A stretch of 38,534 bases of DNA from Phoronis australis (lineage: Eukaryota > Animalia > Phoronida): assembly GCA_002633005.1 (NCBI GenBank), contig NMRA01000540.1, positions 8,405 through 46,938 on the forward strand. Direction: 5' to 3'. The notes beneath the pieces were generated by a model. The model saw only the letters and a list, made by a program, of their open reading frames with translations, had not been told where the DNA came from and did no database searches. This document shows positions 1-12,100 of the stretch, one piece after another (position 1 is the first letter of the stretch; each line of letters begins with the position of its first letter). Both the position numbers and the translations under genes were made by a program.

Positions 1-50
1 TGCGTGTGGCGTGTATGTTAAGGATGAGAATGGCTTGATTTTTTTCTTAC

Positions 51-165
51 ATATCTGTATTTATGTTCTGTATACCAAATGGTGATACTTGACGATAATT
101 TGTTGCAACTAATGTACTTGTATACTGCATTGTTTATTGTGTCGTGTAAATTGTAAATACCCATG
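51..165 (-). CDS. Exon 11 ([19 protein letters not shown]...[10 protein letters not shown]), VWA-to-Cache transition
   Basis: Strong acceptor TTTTATTTTCTCTAG|C; donor TAT|GTAAGA; phase 2 to 0. Confidence 0.72.
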
Positions 166-3100
166 CTAGAGAAAATAAAAATACTAAAAATAAAAAGAAA
201 GGGGTGTAGCACGTAGCCAAATCTATTTATTTTGTGGAAAAACACTGGGGGAGTGATCTTGGAAGACAATGTAAGTTGTTCGTGGACAAACCATGTTCGA
301 TGTTTTGTCTTTTATTTTAAATCAATTATCATATAATTCACTTGCTCAACTGTTGAGTGAAGTAATGAGAGCGGTCAGTTTGTCGATGTCATTACATAAC
401 ACCCAGTAAGTAGTTATAGCTACATGTATGTAGTGTTCACTAATATCACAGTCATAGCAACACTACAGCTGCACATAGCCATGAGCACCTGCTTACACGA
501 ACAGATCGAGAAGGCTATATACTTGAAGGATGACAGCTGGAGACGTAGCTCACTCAAACGACACTTAGCACCTGGTTGTACAGGTGATGTCTGGGGTTTT
601 AATTTACGTTTGTAATCGTGACCGCATGTTAGTGGGGTCTCCCAGTCGACAACGCTAGAAACGCACTAGGAGTATTGCAGTTATTGAACCAGGATCTTTT
701 TAGGCTTTACCATTCCATTCTAAGCAGTTCTCACAGCATAATTTGCAGGCACTCAATAATACGAACAAACGAATGTGCAATCGACTGTTGGGCCATGGTG
801 AGCATATCCAAAAGGCTTTTGCCCATCATACCTGTTTTGTGCAGTGAATTCAAGGATTGACGTACTACTCGACTCACAGTGTCTAATGCCTGCATACGCG
901 AATTACATTTACCCTTTTTATGTATTCTGTGAATGAGTAAGCAGAGTGCACCTATGAACCCACTTCAAGTTATAACGATTCAAGTTGGAGAAAATGAGTA
1001 AAATATCATCAAATCAAAATACCTGGAAAGTATGGAGGAGTCCTGAACACAGAAATCCCGTTGGCACGCCTCCACGGTTCTTCACAATGAAAGTGAACAG
1101 TTCAGGCTGAAACAGGACAACAATGAGTCGTTCAGGTGTTTACCATGCAAGTTTTTAACAGCTATGTTAATTTTACGTGGGAGTCACAACACTTTGATCA
1201 TCATTGTCTTAATCACCACTACCACCATCATCGTCTTTGTCATCACCACCGTCTTAATCAGCACTATCATCACCATGTTCTCCTGTTCGTCGTCGTCGTC
1301 GTCCTCGTCATTATCATCAATTTTCGACCAAAATTGATATCGAAATCGGTTTAGGCTAAAACCAAAAGTTAGCCGGCTGTTAGTAGATTCAAGATTACGG
1401 TTTCGATCTAAACGGCAAAACCTTATAACTGACATCACTGTTAACCATATAATATTTTTACGCACAGGATGAGATTCTCAATCGTTATCATATAAGTAAG
1501 TGCGTATGGCCATATGCATGCACATGTAAGCACATGGATGTGCACGTACCGAAATATCTTTTTCTCCCATAAGATTTTTCAACTGGCCCGAAAATCTTTC
1601 CCACTGATAGCTACACACTTTGAAAGACGTCTTGAGAAGGACAACCTCGCCGTCTGAAACAGGAAGGGAAAAAGTTATTGCACGAAATTCGGTCGCCATT
1701 CATGCGTCAGCAAGACGTTAACAGTTTACTAAACGTCAAATACACACTCCTCCTCACATAAACAAGGAGCAATCAGACAAGGTGGGAACAAATGAAGATC
1801 GTTGTGTTAGTGGGACTGTGTCTGGCGTACCGGAAATAGCACTAACATCAATGGAAAGAGTTTATTCCTAGAAAAGTACATGTAAGTAAACCAAAAAAAT
1901 TCTTCTATTGAACGAAAAAATGTGTTCCGTGAACAAATTTTGCAAACCACAGTGAACCGCGTTTCAGTGGATTCACTGCAATTGGTTCTGCCAACTGTTT
2001 TTATCAGTGGCGGATTCAGAGGAGGGCCAACGGGGCCATGTCCAGCTCTAAAAAGCCCCCCAGATTCCATTTGGCAGTTCGAGGGTTTGAATGTCTGACG
2101 GCCAAAATCCTGGCTAATACTCTGCCCTGCCCTCCAACTCAAAATCCTGGATCTGCCCTGTTTATGACTTCAAATTAGGGGTATATGAAATACACAACGT
2201 TAGTTCGCAGCGCCTTCGTCCGCACTACTTAATTATAGGAGAGATAAAACAACTGAAACCAGCCACATTTCCATTTTTTTCCTTTTGACAAGGAACATAG
2301 CAGTCATTCAACAATACCCTGAGAGAATCGTGTGACTAATTTCAGGAAGTCAGCCCTCTGATATTCCTGATTATGGACCGGAAGTTCAAGTAAATACTCA
2401 AGTCTAATCAACGTAATTATGAAATACTCTATTTTGCTTCTGTGAATGACGTTAATTCTGTAGTGTCAAACAGTGCACTAAAAACAAAGGAATGCAATTA
2501 CAATTAGTTACCGAAATGTGAATAAAATTACAATTTTCACCTAAATAGGAATAACATTTACCATATCGTTCAATTTATAAATTGCAAAAAGGATGTCGCC
2601 AATTTCATCACGGACATACAAATCACGTCAAAACGCGTTCATGTTCAACGAGTCATTGGGCTAAGGAAAACGATCAAAGTTCTAAAAGATTTACCAAAAC
2701 CTAACATTGATATTGGAGGGACGATATTACTAAGGTCTGCTTTACTTTAATTCTCAACTTCAAAACCCAGTAGGTAAACACGTATAAATGTTGAAGAAAT
2801 ATGCAAAGACATGGGTCGTAATGCTCAGGAACTCAACTCTGCGTATATTGTGTACTTTTGGTAATTAACAGGAAATCTCATCAAAGAGCATGTCTCACTC
2901 TCCTGCATAGGAAAATTACGATTTTTAAACAATTTTTAATTGACTGTATGGATGTGCTAATGTGCAGTTTGGAATTTTGTTTTCAAATGAACTGATTCTT
3001 GTTTATTCTCAAATCCGTGTATTGCAGATTCTTATCCTGCTAGCTACATGGTTCGCTTGCATGTAAAACTCTTGTTAGAGAAGTTTACACAAAACTAACT

Positions 3101-6100
3101 GCTTTTCAAATGCCTTCTTAATAAAGCTGCAACAGGAGGATTAATCGTTTTGATGTTTGGAACGTTTGTATGGATTGTTCTAAGAACCCCTCGACCCCCA
3201 AACCCCAGGACCAAGGACCCACGGCCCTCTCAACCCAGTATACTAAAGCTCGACTCGATCTGAACTTAGAACAAATGCTGTCTTGCAGGACCAACAAATC
3301 GGGCCATGAGCTCGGCTGACTTTCACCGATTTTTTAAGAGAGTTGATTCGACAAGTTTGAAAAGTCAAAAACAGAGAAAAAAGCGACGAAATCAAATCAA
3401 AGTTTAATCGTCTCGTCTGATCTTCAGTGAATGACAGATTCAAGTTTTTGGGGAGAGTACGAGGAACTGATGAATATGTAATTTCTTCAATAAATACAGT
3501 TTGAAAAAAAATATTAACCAAAAAGTATCTCAACGTTACACGGAGTATATTGTAAAAGAGTATGCAACAGAAAGCATATAAAATAAATGCAAAATTATCT
3601 CCATTCACGTTAAAGTGCTCTCTCCGTAAGATTAGTATAACAGGGCCATGGTTAACCGCTCGTGGAACTATTTATGTGACAACGATAGCACGCTCACAAT
3701 TCGCTATTTCGGGTGATGCTATTATGTAACTTACTGATTTTAAACAGTACACACCATAGATTTTTGCACATTTCGAATTACCGGTGGCCACAGACTAAAT
3801 GTATGACGTAAAATTTAGACCAATCCATGATTATTTTGTGTCATTAGCTCGAAATCTTGATTTTTCTTTCAATTTTGCCAATTTTCACATTTCCCGCCAT
3901 GTGACATCATGGGTTGAACACAAGAGATCAGCGACTAGCAATGAACAACGGCGGAGAGTAGGGAATTTGAAAGCGACAACGATTATGAGCAAGAAATAAA
4001 CAAATACTATGAAGAAACGTACGAGAATGGTGGCCAGGATGACGAAATGGGGTTGCACGAAAGCGAGAACGAGTTTGGTATGTTTTCAGCTGCGTACTTT
4101 TCTACTTTGAGGCCTTACGAACTGGATCCTCCCACGAGAGAAGCGGCCTCGGTATCGGCCAGTCAACCCAGTCATCCAACAGACGATCCTGAATAAAAAG
4201 CCGATGTTTCTGAATAGTAAATATTGTCCTTTATTGAACCTGGCCTTCATAGTAAGATCTCCTCTTATTGGAGTCGAAACACGATTCCTCAAAGTGGGCA
4301 GAACACAGAGTGGCTCCGGACAGAATCGCTTGGTCCACGCTGAGGTCCCACACTCTCGTTCGGCGCACGAAGCGATGCCACTACTGCGCAACTTTGGCGT
4401 CCTTCGGAACACCGAGATGTTCTCCGTCGGACTGCTGTTGCTGCAGCCTCCGCAAAGACATCTTTTCATCCCTCTACGAACCTTCCTCGACGCTAAATAT
4501 ACTTTACTTTCACTTCACTCTATACACTTAGTTGCTGATCCGAACAGTGTGCCGAACGATTTGGGTTCAACCCATGACGTTGTACATAATTTTTTTTCAA
4601 TTTTTACGCGTTTCTTTATGAGCTGTGCACTAAAGGCACCGAAATCAAGTAAGATATGATAATACAATTTATTTTGAGGTACTAGAGTCATGTTGCGTAC
4701 ACTTTAACCGCAGACTTCAACCAGACCAGATTCGCATGTAGGTACGTCTCATGGGAAAGTCGTTCAGTGACGTAATATAATTATGAAATGTGTAAAAAGT
4801 GTAAATATACATCTATTGCCACAGCTCGTAGATCGAGGGGGTCGTGGGGATTGTGTGTCGAGGAGGTTGTGGGTCGAGGGGATTGTTGGGTGTGGGGGTA
4901 GAAGAGGTCGGGGGTTTAGAACAATCCCCTTTACGTGTATATAGGTCAACAGGAAAATGACAAGTCGGAGGCACAATCGGTAATCAAGTCAGCTTTCGCA
5001 AAAAACAACACAGCTGCAATGTGTGGGGATTTAAAAATGTGAATAAACAACGTTGTTTGAATAATTGGTAACAAACTTGCCTGTTTATTTAGTCGTCGAA
5101 ATGCAACATTAACTGGTTTTCAACTGACAAGCAGGCAATCGATGCAGTCGATGAATTTCATTTTCGCAAAATGCGCAAGAAATTGAAGAGCTTTTATCAT
5201 TGGTATAAAACTTTTGTTCTAGAAGGAAACGTTCATGTCACTCAGTGGAAAGAGACAGATGTACCAGAAGCTGTGGGTCTTCCATTTCACTTAAACCTAG
5301 TTTTAATGGCCTTGGCTATGAAGGGTCTTTAGAAACGCTGGTAAAAAGGTCCAGTTTAGGCATGTGGCTTTCTTTATTGCAACCTTCATCAGCCTCATTA
5401 ACATCCACGATTAGATCTTTGAAGGTAAACACCCAAAAATAACACTCACTCCCTTTGTGACCAAAATCTGACCCTGAACTCAATCGTAGTGTTAATGAGT
5501 CTTCTTCAGCTGAAGTCCATGATGTGTTTCTTTCAGGAAATAAGTCACTGTTGTAAACGAAGGACTCCCTGCTTTGAAAGGGCATTTTGTCTTAACAGTG
5601 GCATTGTTACCAATCAGGCCGTCTGGTGTAGCAGCTAGACATGGTACCTCTTCACACATAAGCAATCCACATTTCCTTATGGCATCTTAGTAGCGTGACT
5701 CAAATTTATCTAAGGCCACTGGCTCGTAAATTGTGCAATGCAGCACCGCTGGTGTGTGAACTTGCAGTGGGAAGGGAACCGAGCGGCAGAACGCCTACAA
5801 GCTGCCACGGGAAGTAGTCTGAACCTGGAACAAATATTGAAACGGGAATACTAGTACATCAGGCTGTGTCAAAAGCGATGGCTATTCTCCTTTGTGATCA
5901 AGACTAACTAATAATCCTGAGACAGTTCCCTGCGTATTGGCAGTAAGGAAATCATGTCCATATACGACTTCACTAGTAGTGATGAATTTTAGAAGACCTT
6001 GTTCAAAACAAAAAAATACAATTTTCACAAAAATTGTAGTCGCATGATTTTATTAGCAATTTGGAACGTTGTAAGATATTATTAAAATGTCCAGTCATCG

Positions 6101-9100
6101 AGGATTCAGAAAATGTAATATTTTTATGGGTATAAAATTTATAGCTAAAAAGTTATTTCATGGAACGTGAGCGGAGGCCATTAAGGTTATCAATTACTTC
6201 ATCAGTTTTCTATGCTCCTTCCCCCGGGCACCATTACCATTTATTTTCACACACCCAGTTCCAAATTTTGCAACCCCAACCCACATGCCTACCTCTTGAC
6301 AAGGGCCTGAATAAGTGAATCAAAACAACAACATACATTCATGTACCTGTCTTTAACAAATATTTCTCCCTTTGCAAGCGTTTTGTTCTGTTTTCACCTT
6401 GAAGCACGTGGCGGCATCGAAAGGAGTCACCTGCTTTGTCCAAACAGAGATGGTTGCAGAAGCGATGTATCTTCCCTCTGTTTGGAAGTTAAGCTGCAGT
6501 CCTAGCCCTCAAACGTAAAAAGTTCACATGAAAATAAACATGGAATATTTCATGTCAACGTGTAATAGACTTCTTCGCGGCATAGGAAGTTATCAAACAA
6601 GAGACATTCGTAACGTATTCCCTGGATTGCAATATGACTTCGCCAACAACCATAATGGAGTTAACAATTTAAGCTTCAGCATTGATGGATGTTATTCACT
6701 GGTAAACCTGTTAGATATCATTCCGAAGTTTAATAATACTGCTTTGATGTACTACTTCTACGTCAAGTATCACCACAGGCATCACAACAAAAAATGATAA
6801 ACCTGACTGCTGCGACACTGTCATCGGTCACCCCAGTTAACAGAAATTTTAGTATTGTATATCTGGAAGTAAGAGCACCAAACAAGCATTAAAAAGAATC
6901 ACAACCCTTACCTTTCTACAGGAAAATGCTTCCTCTGTCTCGTAGAAACATTCTTTTCATGCAATCTCAGTAGCAGTTGGCAGTGTACAGTAAGCCACCT
7001 GTTGTATTAAATGCTGGCGAAATCGAGACTGCTTAATCAATGCGCGCGTCCTTTAGCTAATGTGTATAAGCAGGGGCTGATCCAGGATTTTGAGTTAGGG
7101 AAGGAGTGCAGGGCACAGGAACAACCCAGCCTAAAATGTAGGGATGCAGAGGTCTCGAATTTTTGGGTTTGTGAACCTTATTACTATAAAAAACGGTAAA
7201 CCGGGTTTGTTGAAGACCAACGCATTGTGCATTGCCCCCTGAGCTCCCTTGGGTGCACGCAAGTGCTAGTCAGCAATTCGCACCCCGAACTGCCAAATGG
7301 TATGTGGGAGAATTTTAGGGGGCATGGCCCCTTGCCCTCACCCCCCCCCCCAAATCAGCCACTGATAAATATCTCGATTAGCCACTTTGTTATAGGCTTC
7401 CATCGTGTCTACTAAAGATCGAGTTTCTTAAATAACTGTTAAAAGGTCACAAATCACCATTTATTCTGACAAAACAGCCGGGAACGGCATGCCTTCGTCT
7501 TTTGTCAGTGCGACTGGTCTCGATCGGTCTGCACAAGGTCATCGGCTGAAGGTCCGAGCCCGGCAAAATAATTTGTCAAAATTTATTTTGCCACATTTTC
7601 AGAAATAATTGTCCCTATTTTGGTTTTATTAACTTTGAGGTCCGCTGTCGATTATCTTATCCCCGTTTGCAGGCTGGAAAAAGACACTGCTCCGGTCGCA
7701 CAGCCGGCGTATACTAAGCCTGGGTTCCTGAACGAATTGTACTTACGGGTTCGCAGTAACTTCAAAATGGCGGTGTGATCTTCGGGTCGGATTCTTGAGT
7801 GACGCGTTTAATTAAACCTTTCTCGACTACGGATTGTGTATTGGTTATAGGATAAGTACTGCGTAGTTCCTTATAAGGTCTTCTAACCATTTAATAAGGG
7901 TTAAAACCGTGTGCTTCTAGGACTTAAATGCTCTATTATCGATACCTTAAAAATTACTTAAGAAATTCGATACCTGGAAACGAAAGGACCCCATTACCTT
8001 AAAGGAGAATGCCACTCGATTTAATAAGTCTTTTTTACCCTCTTAATCAGTCTATAGCAACCTCACCTCGAATACGGTCGATCTTAGCTCGCCGAGGTGT
8101 CGCGTTAACATGCAAGGAAAGTGAAAAACAATGCAGCGACGTCAGGGGTTCTCCTGCAGAGTGAGTGCACCTATGGTGTGGTTAATCGTTCCCACTTGTG
8201 TGAACTATGAAGCTGCGAGGAAAGCGGATGTAGCGTTTCTTTTTACCTCGAGAGCCCGTAACGCGTCGGAAGTGGCTTACGGCAGTGAAGAATGAAAAAT
8301 ACACCATTAATACCAAGTATGAAGACCTGAACCATCTCCGCGTCTGTGGTTGGCATTTCGTCGACAGTGATTTCACTGACGAATGCTGGCTTAACAAACA
8401 GCAGCAAAAAGAGACTAAGACTGAAATCAGATGTTGTGCCTAATATCCTTGCGTTCGGCAGGCAGAAGACAAAGAAACGCGGATCAGTTGTTGGTTAGTT
8501 TTGATTACATAGATTTGTAATTGGCCATGAAAACATAAATAATCACAATTATTCAAGGCATGAAACATATTAACGTTTTATATAACATGTTTGATGACTT
8601 ACTCGTTCGTAAGGCTTCTGTTTGGTCCTCTAGGGCTATGATGTTTTCGCCAGTTCTATTTCCCAGCCCTAAAAACTGTCGTAAGCACACCTCTATTTAG
8701 ATGCGGTGCAAAATCAGGATGATTCGTGAGGCACATCATCGCTTCTACAAGAAGGCGTTCCACTTGCGGAATTTTATGGCAGCAAACGCAAGCGCCAGTG
8801 CAGATAGCGCAATAGCAACATGACAAGTAATTCAAACGGTTTTCGGAACTATCCGTATGATCTGTTGTGTGTGCACGTCCACGGCCTTTCAAGTATTTAT
8901 TCATCAGTGGATTCCGGTTCGCACAGATAGCCTGTGAAACCTAACGATCGACCTGTGAAGTCTTCGCCGAATGAGCACTCGTCTAAGTCGGGATTGCGAG
9001 TTGCCATGTTGACGATTATTATTGTACGTTCTGTTTCAAAATGAATTTTTCTCTCTCGTAACCAATGCTTATATGAAATTGAAACAAAGTCTGTCTCATT

Positions 9101-12100
9101 AGATGCAAATTGTAATGCCTTTGGAGTATTCTTGAGTGCAAATTAATGTTTTGAGAACCTAGCAATTATGGTTAAATCCCAGCGTTGCCGGTTTTATGCA
9201 ATAAAGCCAATTGACCGGACACAGCGGCCTTGTGAGCGCATGCTAATTCAGCGTTTGCTGACAGAAAGCTGTTGTGAAACAATAACTCGAGATTTCATAT
9301 CCTAAGGTCTGATGTTAGGGGAATCTTTATTTTGGAATACATAAACATTATTCGAATTATTGTTACTGTACAATTTTTTCCCAAATGGTTCTGTGGAATG
9401 GAAACCTGAATTCACAGTAAGTAGATTTGCAGTTTCGTGGCTAATTCATCAAAATAATCACCTGCACATTATTTCCTTGGCTCACTAGTATACACTATAT
9501 CGTTTGCGAGAGTGTTCTTTCTGAATCACTGGGTTAATAATTTTTACGCTCTACATGAAAACACAGACAAGTTTTTTAGGATTACCTGTATCAGGTTACC
9601 CCGAAAATATTATTTTCAAAGTTTTACCCACTGGAGTATACGCGAAACGCCAATAATTGTGTTGTTACGCCAAAGAGCTCGAAAGGCTCTAGCCTTGGTG
9701 CGAAGGTGTTTACTAAATTAAATATACAAATTTGCGCCGTTGTGGGTAAAAACCGACCGAATAAAATCTTCCTAGAATAATCTAAATTATTTACCAGCGT
9801 TGCAAAATTTGGTTTTCTACAATTATTCTGCTGCTAAAATTAGGGTATAACCTTTTGCGTTGACTTTCGACGCAATGAAATATTGCGTCACCTATTAGTC
9901 AGTTTCTTTTTCCCAGATTCTTCAATCAAACGTTCTCCCTCGAGGTTGCGTAAACGTCAAGACAAATGATCAGAATTGGTTTCACTTCATTATATGTTTT
10001 TGGAATTTTGATATCAGTGAACCAAATTTTGCTGAGATGTTGCCACCATATAATGGGAGATGTCGAAAGCATTTTGAAAGTGGCGCGTGTCACGAATGAA
10101 CTCTTTTCAAAACGAGGACATACGTTTCTTCGTTACAAAAGGCAGAGAATTGCGCAAGAAGATGACGTCGGATGTTTTTCGTTTAAACGGCCGTAACGGG
10201 CAACTTGAATGCCAATTGGCTTCCAGAGTTTGCATGCAAACTCGCCGGTCTTCAGCTCATGTTGATACAAGCTTTTCGACGAGGTGACAAGCGTACATGT
10301 AACTATCCGGGCTGTGTGAAATTTCGAGGTCTGTTTGAGCTCAATACGCAGTGGCACCTTGCTGTATTTTGAAAATAGTCTTCACAGATAGCTGGCTAGA
10401 TAGGAAGGCTCTAGCTTCGAAAAATTTTTTACTACGAAAGTGACAACAATTTCAGAATTATGATGGATGATGGATTACACTATAAACCGATCACAGTCTT
10501 CCGTTTTCATGCGCCCTTGATTTAATATCGGCGCTATGTTCAAACCATTGTTTATATTGTTCCTAAAATAAACTTGGGTTCTATTGCTGTACCAACATAT
10601 TAAGAAATTATACAGAAATAAACAATAATTATCTGTGGTAAAGCGCAATATACAGCGTGATGAAGTGATGATCAAGAGCAATAACGGATGAGCGCAAATG
10701 CGTGCTGCTTGTTGAGCAATCCGCGGCATGAAAACATTTGAGTTCGTAAAATATCCAGTGTTGTATTCTGATTTTTATGCAATTTTGCTGTAAATTTCAA
10801 ATCTCGTGCTTGTTTTTATGCATAATGCACTGCATAAAAAGTCTGATATCTAAAGTTAGAAATTAATTTTCTGCTATACCACTTTACGTTTTATTTTACC
10901 ACGCCGTCATTAATTCAACATAAGGTTTTCAGCTTAAGTAATGCCACGCACTTCGTATTTGTAGGTTGATTCGATTTTACCTCCATTTAATAGTTGAACA
11001 AAATTTGATAAACCGATGTCAAGACCGGAGTTGCCACTGGTAAACGAACAGCGAACAGTTAAATGTTTGTTTGTCCAAAGTTCACCCGCTAAGTCATAAA
11101 ATGGTAATTGCCGACCAAGGACACGCTTAATCCGAATTGGTCGTCTACGCTAGGCGACCAATTAGCCGACCCAAGTGCCGACCACAGAGGCGACTAAGCA
11201 GAGGGCTCCTAGCCGACCGTTGTTGGTCGGCTGCTGGTCGGCTAGAAGACCGGTCGACGGCCGGTCGTCGACCAATTTCCGACCGGTCGGCCAAAAATTC
11301 GTGATGTGTGCTGTATATGATATTCATGACTGTAACTTTAGTATCCAGCTTTGGCTAGTTTATGTTCGTGATGTCTTCAGTCGAGCCGCGACGGGCCTGA
11401 TCGGGTTCTGAGCCATTGGCTGGGATAACAAGAGTTTTGGGTGTTTAGAACTAAAACAAATCGCAAGTTTAAAATTACAACACACAGCTATGTTCTCCTA
11501 CCTGTACAGTGTATTTCAAGGAAGAATATTTCGAATTGATCACGGACCAGACCGTAAACTCCAGCGACCGATCTTGGTAAATTGGCCAACCAAACTTTGC
11601 AGCTTACTGTATGTTCAAATAGCTATAAATCCGTAAGAGCGAAATAAAACAACATGTTTGCTCAAAGACTCGATAAATTTATGAGGGTTTTACATTGAAT
11701 TTTGATGATTTATTGGTGTAAACGATGAACTCAAGCTATAAGCCGACACCAGTAAGCGTTTTGTGAACTGCTGGACTGCGTTCGAACCAGTGACGTCATT
11801 AGTTAATTTAAACACCTCCGTAAGCCACCAAGTGTCAGGTAAAAGAACTGTACTTGTTGTTATGGAGTGGAACTACTCAATCTAAATTAATACAACATAT
11901 GATTTTTTGGTAGCAAAATAGGATTTTGGGTGGCATTCTCCTTTAAGTGGTCTAGCCTAAGTACTATATCCACCAAACCCTTCTGCAGTCATATGCATTG
12001 TACTCACGTTCTCCTATGGTGCACATCAAACCATTCCCATCGTGCTTCTCAGCATCGGTGATAAAAATGATTAATTGACTACAAGACCCAACACCTTGAC

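Larger units (their letters stand above)
3172..4927. mobile_element. MITE-like element D containing element C
   Basis: 12-bp TIR GGATTGTTCTAA / TTAGAACAATCC; C-rich left arm and G-rich right arm; no clear TSD. Confidence 0.6.
2230..7390. mobile_element. Degenerate DNA-transposon body E: THAP tail on +, SWIM-YqaJ exonuclease gene on -, interrupted by nested inserts
   Basis: Colinear diverged similarity to 28950-31780 (e.g. 2341-2378 vs 29059-29098, 4940-5520 vs 29428-29980, 5930-6340 vs 30515-30890); boundaries approximate. Confidence 0.7.
8003..11942 (+). mobile_element. Kolobok-like non-autonomous DNA transposon A
   Basis: Perfect 13-bp TIR AGGAGAATGCCAC; TTAA on both sides (7999-8002, 11943-11946); AG...CT ends; THAP and Cys-rich remnants; ~2 kb (about 9300-11310) absent from copy B. 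Confidence 0.85.

Noticed and set aside
832-952. Alternative small exons between exons 9 and 11
   Set aside because: None of the AG/GT pairs I tried gives the needed phase 0-to-2 transition with an open frame
1136-1465. His-rich and Asp-rich ORFs
   Set aside because: Translations of an intronic trinucleotide repeat
8003-11942. piggyBac assignment for the TTAA-flanked elements
   Set aside because: Ends are AG...CT rather than CCY...RGG, and the THAP plus Cys-rich cargo fits Kolobok
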